Shown in pieces: positions 31,504-41,286 of a stretch of DNA of 64,000 nucleotides (its first letter is position 1; the number at the start of each line of letters is the position of its first letter). The notes under the pieces are model-generated. The model was not told the origin of the DNA, made no database searches, and saw only the letters and a program-made list of their open reading frames with translations. Position numbers and translations under genes: made by a program. Location of the stretch: positions 10,912,001 through 10,976,000 of the forward strand of contig OZ059894.1 of NCBI GenBank assembly GCA_964057225.1, given 5' to 3'. The stretch is from Auanema rhodensis (Eukaryota > Animalia > Nematoda).

Positions 31504-34500
31504 TTAGATAGTTGTTGGTCCTCCTATCACTGTTGAAGGTCGTTTCTTTCGTTCAACCGATGTGTTTGGTAAATTGATATGGGCATCAGGTATCTGAGAG
31601 CGTGTAAGCCTACTTTTAGGTTTTAAAGGGGGTATCACGCTGTTGTACCTTATTGGTACGTGAAACGGTTTTGGAGGAGTAATCGGATTTTTGTCTTCTA
31701 AACCGAGTGCCAATTTGAGAGCTGAGCTCCATCTTTTGATTGTAGGTAACTCTTTTTGTCTTTCTTCGTAGAGCTCTTGTCTTGTTTCTTCTCCAATTTT
31801 GTCGACCAATTGTTGGAATTGGTTGTTTTTTTCTTTGTTCGTAGATGTCTTGTCTGCTGTATCTAGTCCAGATTCCGATTGATAACTTTCTTGTTGTCTT
31901 TCCAACGTATCTTCCTGCGGTGTTATTGTTTCTTTAGTTGTTATTATAGGTCGGCTTTGTTCGTAGAACTCGTCCTCGTTATCGCTGTCCGAATCAGAAA
32001 TTGGGGGCGTGGCTTGACCGTTGTTCTGAGCGCGCGTATTGACCTGATCGTGCCGGGACCTGTTGCTATAAATAGCGGATCCCGCGTCATTTCTGCCGTG
32101 CTCGCTTTCCTCGATGTTATTGTCATCGGGTGGAAAGTATCTTATATTATTCTTATGAGCCCGTATTCTATTCCCGTCGTCATCTGCTAATATGACATTA
32201 TTTTTATTTATTTCTTTTATGAGGTACGGTCCATCACTGACTGCTTGCAGTTTGTTGGTGGGCTTTGCCCGTTTGACGAGAGCTCTGTTATCCACGTAGA
32301 GTTCTCGTTCTTGTATCTTGTGTGCCTCGTCGTATTTCTTCTTCATCTTCTCATTGTTCCTTGTTATCCTTTCGTATATTTTCTCATGTAAATCTCCTGT
32401 GGGTTTGAGAGTGGGTGCGGGAGTGTCCAGGTTGTGGTCGATTGGTAGTCGCGCTGCCTGACCAAAGATACAATCGTAGGGCGGTGTGCGAGTTGTGGCA
32501 TTAGGTAGCCTGTTGAGTGTGAATACTATCTTAGGTAGTATATCATCCCAATTGTCCTGTTCCGTATTTACGTACGACGTTAGTGCTTCTTCTAGTGTTC
32601 TGTGTAGTCGTTCCACTTGTCCATTTGCATTCTTGTAATATGGCATAGTTGTATGATGCTCGGAACCTAGTTGTTCGCACATTGTTTTGAATTCGTGAGA
32701 AACAAAATTGGATCCGTTGTCCGTTATGATCCTTTTTGGTGGTCCGAAAACAAAGAACAGGTTTTTCTTAATTGCTGTTATGATTTCTTCTGATGTTTGT
32801 CTTAATAATGGTGTTGCTATTATCCATTTGGAGAACGCGTCCTGTATTGATAAGATATACCTGTTCCCGTTTTGTGTTCGTGGTAGTGGTCCGAGAATGT
32901 CCATGTGAACTCTTTCCCAAGGTTGTGAAACGGTGGGAAAGTTTCTCATGGGTTCCACCGTTGCTTCATGCGGGTTATTTTTCCTTTTTGCGCACTGAAG
33001 ACATCTGTTGACGTAGTTGGTGATATCTTCTTGCATTCCTGTCCATGTATAACGGCGTAGAATTGAGTCATGTGTTTTGTTGATTCCTAGATGAGCTCCT
33101 AGTAATGGGTCCTTATGAAACTTATCAATTATTGCTGTAGTAATTGTTGGATCATTGGGTAGAACGGCTCGAGGTGTTTGGAATGCTGTTTTTGGCTTTG
33201 CATAGAGAATATTATTTTGAACTATATATCGATCTGTTAGTTGCCTTCCTGCTGTTTTGTTCTGAATCTTTTCTTTTGTTTCCATGATCCATTCTGTTTC
33301 CTCTTGAATTGTCCGAAGGTCCGTGATAGTTGTAATAGTAGAGATTTGATGCGTGGGAGATTCTTTCGTTTTCTTCTTTCTTTCCTTCGCTTCGTTGATT
33401 TCGTCTTCGAAGTATCTTGATAATGCGTCACAAACGCTATTAAGACGTCCTGGGCGATAGATAATTTCAATATCATACTCTTGGAGTACTATTTGAAATT
33501 TGGCTAGTCTTCCTATGAGGTCTTTTCTTGTCATAAGGCTAGTTAAGGGTCTATGATCGGTTATGATTTTGATCGGTGCTCCTAAGATGTAGGTGCGAAA
33601 CTGATGAACTGCGAAAGTTAGGGCTAAGGCTTCGATCTCAATCGGGGGGTAGTTCCTTTCTGCTTTGTTTAGTTTACGGCTAGCGAAAGCTATTGGGTGC
33701 AGTGGTTCTTGATCATCCGCAGATTGCAATAGAACTGCTCCTACTGCAATTATGCTTCCGTCGCTTTCAACTACGTATGGTCGTTTTGCTCTAGGTGCCT
33801 GAAGAACCGGTGCTTGACAAAGGGCTTTCTTCAGGTGTTGGAAAGATTTTTCTTCTTTGTCTCCCCATGTGAAAGCTTTATCCTTTTTTGTGAGGTCGTA
33901 GAGAGGTGAGGCAATTCCCGCGGCATTTTTGATGAATCTTCGAAAGTAGTTAACGACGCCCATGAAAGCTCTGACTCCTGTTGTTGACTTTGGTCTGGGG
34001 TAGTCTCTGATGGCTTTAATTTTCTGAGGGTCCGGTTTTATTCCCTCATATCCGACTATAAATCCGAGAAACTTGACTTCTCTTTGTCCAAAGGTGCATT
34101 TCTTCAGCTTAATTTTGAATCCTAGCTCTATTGCTACTCTCAAAACTTCTTCGATATCTTGAAGGTGTTGTGTGGTTGATTCTGATATAAGCAGAAGATC
34201 GTCTAGATATACGAAGAGTTTGCAGCGTACATGTTGTTGTAGGTACCGTACTGCGTTTTGGAATGTATGTGGGGCTCCACAGAGTCCCATGGGCATTCGA
34301 CAGTATTGATATGTACCACTAGTTGTAGTAAATGCTGTTAAATGTCGATCTTCTTTACGCAGAGGTATTTGGAAGAATCCTGATACCAAATCAAAGTTAG
34401 TGAAGATGCATGCTCCTGCTGCTAGATCGAGAATATCTTGTATGTTTGAAATGACGTATATCTGCTTTAGTGTTATGGCATTTAATGCTCGAAAATCCGT

Positions 34501-37200
34501 AACAAAACGGTATGTTTTGTCCTTCTTTTTGACGAGTATAACGGGACTTGTGGTAATAGAAATTGATGGTTCTATTATACCTTGTTCGAGCATTTCCTCC
34601 ACCTGTTTTTCGACTTCTTCTTGTTGAGTTAGAGGGATCCTGTATGTGATTTGAAATGATGGAAATTTTCCTGGTATGATAGGTATATTATGTTCCACTG
34701 GTCCTTTAAAAAGTCCGATATTGCGATCCTCGTTCAAGAAAGCTTCCTTATTTCTAAGTACTATTTTCTTTAATTCTTGTCTTTCCAATTGGGTGAAGAT
34801 GGTGTTTGTTACGTCGAGATCCTTTATGAAGTCGTCTGGGAAGTATGGTAGTTGTTCTTCCCATCTTGCTTCCGGTGGGACGTATTGTCCTTTTTGTTCT
34901 TTGATATCTCTTGGGATAGCGTAAGCAGTTCCGATTCCTTGATTTGTTTTAATTTTGATTGTTTCGGGTGAGATATTTGTAGCGAATATCTGAACCCCGT
35001 ATCCTGTTGGCGTGAAAGTTGTAGGGGCGAAAGTCATTTTTCCTATTCGTTGTGAACTTCTTATAAAAGCTTGTGCGTATGATGCTGGATCGTCTATTTC
35101 CAACGTGAGCGATCTGGTTTCTCCTGGGTAAAACTGTTTAGTTTCCAGGCTTACTACATGAGCTATCGTGTGGTTCTCGGTCCACGGTGAGTAGTCTTGT
35201 GCTAGAGGTACTATTGTATCTCCGACTAGCAATGAATTCTGAAGTGGTCGCAATGATGTATTTATTCCTATTTTGCTGAGGGCTTCTATAAAGTCTATTC
35301 CTAATAAGATAGGTGCTGGGCAGTGGTTGTTGGCAGAAATCAGTATTTTGTGCTCAATCTCTGTTTTTCCAATAACAATTGGAAGTCTTGTGTAGCCCAG
35401 GAAGGAAAACCGTGATTTGTTTGCTACGATAGCTGTTGTCTTTTCACCAACCATCGTTGCTGCCGGTAGTTGTTGAAATGTGCTTTCCTTCATATATGAT
35501 ATAGAAGCTCCTGTGTCCCATAAAGCAGTAAAGATCTGATTGTGGATGGAGAGAGGTACGAAAGGTAGTCGTGATCCTCCGATGTAGTTAATCCTTGATT
35601 CTTTCATGGAGTATCGTGGTAGATAGGCTAGAAAGTCGTTGTCTGATAGTGGAGCGTTGGGATCGTATCGGGAGATTCTTGAATAGAATTTGTTTTGTTG
35701 AGATTTATTCAGTGGTTGTAATTGCTGAAGTTCGATTTCTTTATTTTCTCGCCTTGGTTCTTCTTCTTCTTCTTTGAATGTTATTTGATTGATTGGTATC
35801 CTTGTGGTACATGCATATATTTTTAATGCCCAGATGGTAGCAGTTATAAGTCCTATTGCGACGAGAATTCCTCCAATAATGGCTAGTGTCCTTAGTATCC
35901 ATGCTGTAATTGATTCTCCTACATATTCGAAGAAATTTGTGATTTGTTTTTCTGCGTTGTTTGATATGTTATCTGCTAACATTAATGTCGTTCCAACTGT
36001 TCCTCCTATAATGCCTATTGGATTTAGATTAGAGAATCCAGACTGTTTGAAGACTGGTTTCAGCTTTCCTGGCAGAGTGGCTTGTAAGGATGCTAAGCTC
36101 GATCCGTAGGAGATAGCCAGTGCCATTGGAAATGTTGACTCCGTGAGGTTTGAAAATATGTTGGAATTGTTGAACTTAATGTGATCAATTTTTACAGATG
36201 TGAGTTCATCCGAAAATGAGAAGTGAGTTACATTCAATGTTGAATTATCTTTCATCCATTGATTGTTTATTTTGTAGGGATCTGATGTAGCCATATCGCA
36301 TGCTATGATGTGAGCATATGGTGTCAAATCTCTTGATCCTGGTGTAATGAATAGTTTGCCGTGATGTTCCGTGTCTACAGGCGTCTCCAGGTAACATTTA
36401 TCGTCTCGTTTGTGATCCGAATATACATGTGTTATTTGTACAGGGGTGCATGGCATGACGTAGATGAGATGTTCTCCGACGAATTTGGCTGAAATGTCCT
36501 GTCGACGAAGCATAGTGCGAATTCCTATGGTCGGATTAATTTGCAGGATTGCCCACCAGGTAAGTAGCTGTTTATTTTGCATTCTGCAAACGCTTTTCTT
36601 TGTTATTTGGAAAGCTTGTAAGATTTCCTCCTCGAGTTTTGACGTAGAGTATTGGAGGTGAGACCTTGTATCTTGTTGTCGTAGTTGATCATCGTATTTT
36701 TGAATAATATCTGCTCGTGTTCGTAGGAAATTGAGGTGTGCTTGTGATCCTGTGTGAGATTTAATTTCCTCTACCGGTTGAGTTGTTGTTGCTCGTTTTG
36801 TGGTAATCCGAGTTGTGGGAATTGTCCTAGGAGGTTTTCTGCGAGGTGTGGTAGTGAGAGGACGTGGTGGTGGAGTTACTGGAGTTGTTGTACTCTGGTA
36901 ATAATGATATCTCCTTGGTGTGGTTGTGAATTGAGGTAAAGGTGTCCGATAAGTAGTAGTTGTCGGATCAACTGTGGTTGCAGGGGTTCTAGTGGTTGTT
37001 GTAGTTGTAGTAGTTGTGGTAGTGGTTGTCGTAGGACTAGCACCCGGTGACTCAATGAGCTGAAGATATGTTTGTTGAAATAATAAGCTGTCTTCTTCCG
37101 TGATGGGTCTGGCTGTAGGTAGTGTTTTCGGGAATCCGTAGTTTTGTGCGTGTCCGTTGAAGATGAGAGTATAGTTGGGAAAGGTAATCGCTGAAGAATT
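31504..37200 (-). CDS. Gypsy 2 Env C-terminal half (Thr-rich, gB-like, TM) fused in frame to protease-RT-RNase H-integrase
   Basis: The frame of ORF 31504-36582 reads open upstream (FPNYTLIFNG, poly-Thr); LWDTGAS, YLDD, HMDILGP, TDNG. Confidence 0.9.
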   Translation of the reverse strand, partial: NSSAITFPNYTLIFNGHAQNYGFPKTLPTARPITEEDSLLFQQTYLQLIESPGASPTTTTTTTTTTTTTTRTPATTVDPTTTTYRTPLPQFTTTPRRYHYYQSTTTPVTPPPRPLTTTPRRKPPRTIPTTRITTKRATTTQPVEEIKSHTGSQAHLNFLRTRADIIQKYDDQLRQQDTRSHLQYSTSKLEEEILQAFQITKKSVCRMQNKQLLTWWAILQINPTIGIRTMLRRQDISAKFVGEHLIYVMPCTPVQITHVYSDHKRDDKCYLETPVDTEHHGKLFITPGSRDLTPYAHIIACDMATSDPYKINNQWMKDNSTLNVTHFSFSDELTSVKIDHIKFNNSNIFSNLTESTFPMALAISYGSSLASLQATLPGKLKPVFKQSGFSNLNPIGIIGGTVGTTLMLADNISNNAEKQITNFFEYVGESITAWILRTLAIIGGILVAIGLITATIWALKIYACTTRIPINQITFKEEEEEPRRENKEIELQQLQPLNKSQQNKFYSRISRYDPNAPLSDNDFLAYLPRYSMKESRINYIGGSRLPFVPLSIHNQIFTALWDTGASISYMKESTFQQLPAATMVGEKTTAIVANKSRFSFLGYTRLPIVIGKTEIEHKILISANNHCPAPILLGIDFIEALSKIGINTSLRPLQNSLLVGDTIVPLAQDYSPWTENHTIAHVVSLETKQFYPGETRSLTLEIDDPASYAQAFIRSSQRIGKMTFAPTTFTPTGYGVQIFATNISPETIKIKTNQGIGTAYAIPRDIKEQKGQYVPPEARWEEQLPYFPDDFIKDLDVTNTIFTQLERQELKKIVLRNKEAFLNEDRNIGLFKGPVEHNIPIIPGKFPSFQITYRIPLTQQEEVEKQVEEMLEQGIIEPSISITTSPVILVKKKDKTYRFVTDFRALNAITLKQIYVISNIQDILDLAAGACIFTNFDLVSGFFQIPLRKEDRHLTAFTTTSGTYQYCRMPMGLCGAPHTFQNAVRYLQQHVRCKLFVYLDDLLLISESTTQHLQDIEEVLRVAIELGFKIKLKKCTFGQREVKFLGFIVGYEGIKPDPQKIKAIRDYPRPKSTTGVRAFMGVVNYFRRFIKNAAGIASPLYDLTKKDKAFTWGDKEEKSFQHLKKALCQAPVLQAPRAKRPYVVESDGSIIAVGAVLLQSADDQEPLHPIAFASRKLNKAERNYPPIEIEALALTFAVHQFRTYILGAPIKIITDHRPLTSLMTRKDLIGRLAKFQIVLQEYDIEIIYRPGRLNSVCDALSRYFEDEINEAKERKKKTKESPTHQISTITTITDLRTIQEETEWIMETKEKIQNKTAGRQLTDRYIVQNNILYAKPKTAFQTPRAVLPNDPTITTAIIDKFHKDPLLGAHLGINKTHDSILRRYTWTGMQEDITNYVNRCLQCAKRKNNPHEATVEPMRNFPTVSQPWERVHMDILGPLPRTQNGNRYILSIQDAFSKWIIATPLLRQTSEEIITAIKKNLFFVFGPPKRIITDNGSNFVSHEFKTMCEQLGSEHHTTMPYYKNANGQVERLHRTLEEALTSYVNTEQDNWDDILPKIVFTLNRLPNATTRTPPYDCIFGQAARLPIDHNLDTPAPTLKPTGDLHEKIYERITRNNEKMKKKYDEAHKIQERELYVDNRALVKRAKPTNKLQAVSDGPYLIKEINKNNVILADDDGNRIRAHKNNIRYFPPDDNNIEESEHGRNDAGSAIYSNRSRHDQVNTRAQNNGQATPPISDSDSDNEDEFYEQSRPIITTKETITPQEDTLERQQESYQSESGLDTADKTSTNKEKNNQFQQLVDKIGEETRQELYEERQKELPTIKRWSSALKLALGLEDKNPITPPKPFHVPIRYNSVIPPLKPKSRLTRSQIPDAHINLPNTSVERKKRPSTVIGGPTTI

Positions 37201-37216
37201 TGACTGTCTTGTGAGA

Positions 37217-40156
37217 TCAGCCTGTAGCCAGAGTTGTAGGTGTCTGTGCTATTTCGAGTGCTATTTGTCTTGCTCGTTCGAGATAGTCGCCTTTGTGGTT
37301 TAGTAATCGTGTGGCAAAGTCGCTGATAGTGATTTGCTTGCTGAGTTTTGCCGTAATTTCTGATGGTAATAGATGTTCAATGGCGATTTCTGTGGAAAGT
37401 CGAATCTCGGCTTCTGCGAGTGTGTGTAGGATAACCATGTTGATATCGGTGTAGTTGTGCCATAAGAGTCGATATTTTAGTTTTGATGCTTCCAGTTGTA
37501 GGAATTTGATGAGCCCTATGTGTACGCTAGATGTTTTGAGGTAGTCTATAAGGTTATAGGTACTATCCAGTCTTTTACGATTTCGATATGTTTGGTACAT
37601 TGGTAGTAATCCTGTAGAACTGTCTGTGAGGCGAAGTGATTGATAGATAGTGATGTTGAAGAATCTCGTAGGGTACTCCTGTGGTGCTTTTCTCTTTTGA
37701 CGTCGGGGTTTTAACTCGTTGATGGAAATGTACGTACCGCTGTCAGTTGAATAGATGTTCTTATTCATACATCTTGTAGCAATAGGGTCTGGCGTGTCGT
37801 CGTTGAGGATGAATGCTCCTTGTATTTCCGAGATTATAACAGTATCATTATTGATTAGTGCTTCGAATTTTCCTAAAGTTGTGTAATCACAATTTCGATG
37901 GTTATTGGGTGGGATCCATGTGATAACTGCGTTTGTGGTGTTGCATACACCTTGTTGTTTAGTGCATCCCTCAGTGTTGATAAACAAGTCGGAGATTATA
38001 GTGTCATCGTGTAGGCTAGTCATCATTCCTCTTTCTAATGTGAATCTTGATTTTGTTGTGCAAGAGGATGACCAGAACGATTTTGATTGAGTATTGGTAG
38101 GCATAGGAGTTTTGAATAGTCCTGGAGCTTCCCGATTGAGGTTGTTATCCGTGTGTCGTCTCTCTTGAATGGCTGTTTTGCATTCTTGTGGAGTGGCTGG
38201 TTCTATTCGGAGTAATGTGAGGTTGTTTTCCCTGATGAAGAATAAGTCGTAGGCGCAAGCTTTATAGATTTCCTTGGAGCATTTCCATGCTTCCCATTCT
38301 TTGTAATTCATATTTTCTGCAAATAGTTCCACTGTTTTTATCTTGACTCCGTCTTTGTGTGCATAGTCTGAGCAGGTTGTTGGTCGAGGTGGTTCGAGGA
38401 AAATACCTCCTCGTTTGCCGATGCAGAGTTGATAGGTGTTGTCTGCCTGACAGGGTATCAAAGATAAAGCGATGACGGATAAGAATAGCGGTATGAACGG
38501 AAGTGTCTTCCTTGTTTTTCCTGTTTCTTTCTCCACTTTGTTAACGTGAAAACGAACGCTAGGGCTTCTGGTACGATCTCTGTACCTGTTATGTTGTCCA
38601 TGCGAAGTGCTGCGATTTCTTTGTTGGAATCCGCGATCGTGATAGTTTCCGCGGTTGTATCGGTCGTTTCCTCTGTGCTCATGTCGATCGTTTCCTCTGT
38701 TATCATATCGGTCGTTTCTTCTGTTATCGTATCGATCGTTGTATCTATCGTACCGTTGAGGACTACGATAACTGTTGTATCCTCGTTGGTATCCATTGTT
38801 TCTGTTATCTTGTCTGAAGTTGGGACGGTTATTTTGTCGGTCGTCCTGGTATCTTGGTGGGCGGTATCCTCCTCTTCTTTGATTCCATTGTTCCTGTGGG
38901 CGTTGTGGTCTTGATTGATTTCCATAAAACGTTCTTGGTTGGTGTGTTTGTGATTCGTCATGGGTTTTGTCCTGTTGTGAGGTTCTCATGTGGTTTATGA
39001 GACCGTTATTGATCTCTAATTGTTCCACGTTTTTGATCAAGTTGTTGATATGTAGCGACGGATCTTCGTCGGCTTCTACTGTTTCGGCGATAGTTACAGC
39101 TGCATCGAAGGTTATAGGGCTGCGGTTATTGACGTGTGTTCTTAAAGTCTTTCTTAGTCCTCCTAAGAACGAAACACGTAGTATTCTTTCGTCAGCTGTT
39201 GAGTCCATGTTGCATGATTCGTAAGCGAGATTTCTGCAACGTTGCGCGAAATTTTGTACCGTTTCGTTTTCTCCTTGTTTCAAATGGGTGAGTTTCGTAA
39301 ATGCAGCATCCCTCTTTTCTGGAGGTTGTAATTTCTCCGATAGTAGACGTTTGACGTGGTTCCATCCTTGGCGTAAGTCTTCTGCTGGTATAGTTCGCAG
39401 AGCTTCGGCGGCTCTGTCCGTTCCAAGAAGTAGATAAAGATGGGAAAGTCTCTCGGCAATAGGGACTTGAAGTGCATCAAAATATCCTTCTAGTCTTTGC
39501 ATGTAGAGATTGAATGGTACGGATCCATCATAAAGCGTAGGTTTATGATGGCGAATAGAAACATTGTTGGCTCTCGCGATAGGAGGATTATCTTGCTCCA
39601 TCTGATTTGCCATTTGAGGGCGACTTCTCTGCTCTGTAACATTCGAAGTCAAATTTATGTTATTGTCTGACGAAGAAGAGACAGGAGACAGAGAGTGCCC
39701 ATGCAAAGATTGATCAGTGGAAGAGGGGGAATTTCTAGGAATAGGAGAAGTGAGGATTTCCGCGTTTTCGGTTTGAATAGGACGTTGAGGAGAAGTGTGA
39801 TTTGGAAGATAAGTGTTAGTGCCGGTGTCAATGACTGTTTTTGGAGAGTGAGAAGAGCGTTTGGGCGTGGATTTACTAGATGTTGCTTTATTTTTATTCA
39901 AACTTATCGCATGCCTAGTAGTTTTGATAGCAGTTGTATAAAGTTTCTTAGCAGTTAGCGGTGTGCCCGGAATGGGGGGTAATTTCTTTGATTTAGCGTT
40001 AGTTTTCGGATGTTTCGCATCTGGTCGAAATGCATCCGGTGGTCCTCTTTTTCTTTGGTTTCTATGCAGTGCTGCTTCCACTGTCTGGGTATTCTCTTCG
40101 CTATTTGTAGTGTTTTGGGTATTATTTCCCGGCGGAGGGTTTTGATTCGCTGTGTC
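37217..40156 (-). CDS. Gypsy 2 Gag fused in frame to the Env N-terminal half; start codon displaced to 44186 by the nested BEL; ends at a deletion-induced stop
   Basis: KPTLYDG, LTHLKQGENETVQNF, signal peptide PFIPLFLSVIALSLIPCQA, YQLC, RRQKR furin-type site. Confidence 0.9.
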   Translation of the reverse strand, partial: DTANQNPPPGNNTQNTTNSEENTQTVEAALHRNQRKRGPPDAFRPDAKHPKTNAKSKKLPPIPGTPLTAKKLYTTAIKTTRHAISLNKNKATSSKSTPKRSSHSPKTVIDTGTNTYLPNHTSPQRPIQTENAEILTSPIPRNSPSSTDQSLHGHSLSPVSSSSDNNINLTSNVTEQRSRPQMANQMEQDNPPIARANNVSIRHHKPTLYDGSVPFNLYMQRLEGYFDALQVPIAERLSHLYLLLGTDRAAEALRTIPAEDLRQGWNHVKRLLSEKLQPPEKRDAAFTKLTHLKQGENETVQNFAQRCRNLAYESCNMDSTADERILRVSFLGGLRKTLRTHVNNRSPITFDAAVTIAETVEADEDPSLHINNLIKNVEQLEINNGLINHMRTSQQDKTHDESQTHQPRTFYGNQSRPQRPQEQWNQRRGGYRPPRYQDDRQNNRPNFRQDNRNNGYQRGYNSYRSPQRYDRYNDRYDNRRNDRYDNRGNDRHEHRGNDRYNRGNYHDRGFQQRNRSTSHGQHNRYRDRTRSPSVRFHVNKVEKETGKTRKTLPFIPLFLSVIALSLIPCQADNTYQLCIGKRGGIFLEPPRPTTCSDYAHKDGVKIKTVELFAENMNYKEWEAWKCSKEIYKACAYDLFFIRENNLTLLRIEPATPQECKTAIQERRHTDNNLNREAPGLFKTPMPTNTQSKSFWSSSCTTKSRFTLERGMMTSLHDDTIISDLFINTEGCTKQQGVCNTTNAVITWIPPNNHRNCDYTTLGKFEALINNDTVIISEIQGAFILNDDTPDPIATRCMNKNIYSTDSGTYISINELKPRRQKRKAPQEYPTRFFNITIYQSLRLTDSSTGLLPMYQTYRNRKRLDSTYNLIDYLKTSSVHIGLIKFLQLEASKLKYRLLWHNYTDINMVILHTLAEAEIRLSTEIAIEHLLPSEITAKLSKQITISDFATRLLNHKGDYLERARQIALEIAQTPTTLATG

Positions 40157-40460
40157 TGTCTCTCGAAACTAACAGTGTATTAAATAAACGATTTATTTTG
40201 ATATTTCTTTTTAATTATAATTTACGATATTAATAAATATGCGACAAGTCGCTATGAGATCTTGGTAAGAACTGAAAAATGATAATTGGAATTAAGTTAA
40301 CGTCAGTTCACGGACGTCAAAGTTGACGTGCATACAACCAATTCTATTATCTTAAAATGTTTAAAATGATAATTTAATTTACCCATATAATTATATGAAA
40401 CTTTATATTAACTATTAATTCTGAAGAATCTTATTCACTTTTCGTAAAAAATACGAAACA
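40157..40460 (-). repeat. 3' LTR of BEL element 2
   Basis: TGTTTCG...CGAGAGACA preceded by CGGGCGGAA; last 126 bp recur inverted at 43781-43906 followed by a PBS. Confidence 0.85.
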
Positions 40461-40534
40461 TTCCGCCCGAATTTTAGATTTATTTATTTAATGTTGATTT
40501 ATTTTTAATTATGAAATATTAATACAAAATTTAT

Positions 40535-41033
40535 TCATAGTTTCTTATTACATGGACATATTATAAAATTATACTGTTTGGAGGTACAAAATTTACAAAG
40601 TTTTTCTCTCTTACAAGTTCCAGAATGCTTGTTCAAACATTTTAAACAAACTTTCAGACTTACAGCTCTAGAGAATTTCTTAATTTTAGAGTTGTACTGA
40701 ATACATTTTTCGGTTTCGTGCTTCTTGGAGCAAAGTTTACATGTTTTTTCCAATTTGAATGATTTTTCGTGGAATTTTTGAGCTTTCATTTCATTCTGTT
40801 TATTGGACTTCTTAAGATTCTCTTTTTTGTTAGGTGTAAATACAATATGTTACCTCGTTTTCATTTAATTCTTTTAGAAGTTTACAGAAGTTTCGTATAT
40901 CGGCTTTTAAGTCGAAAATTTCGTTGTTCAATTTGACGATTTCTTCTTGAACGTTCACATTTGTTGTTTCTTCTTCCATATTTTCTTCATCAAGAATACT
41001 TTCGTATTTTTCAGCTACTTCTCGCTGATTCAT
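40535..41033 (-). CDS. BEL2 accessory 3' gene: acidic coiled coil plus three zinc knuckles (two ORFs, probably joined by a 34-nt intron 40820-40853)
   Basis: TATATAAAG then CCACCATG; CKLC..H..C, CLKC..H..C, CKFC; removing GT..CTAAC..AG restores the frame. Confidence 0.55.
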
Positions 41034-41286
41034 GGTGGACAACTGAGAAATTTAACTTTTTTTTTTCTTTATATACCCCTTTTTCTTCACGTAAAATTTC
41101 ACGTAACGTGTTGTCGTAACGTGACTGCTCCGAAACCAAAAAAAACCAAATTTGGTGTTGAAAATTACTTATATATCTTATCTTTATATATTTTTTATAG
41201 ATTTACTGATTTATTATTAATTTTATTTTTTTTTCTCATTTATTTAAGTTTATTATAATATTCATATGTGTTTTCGAAACAATTTC

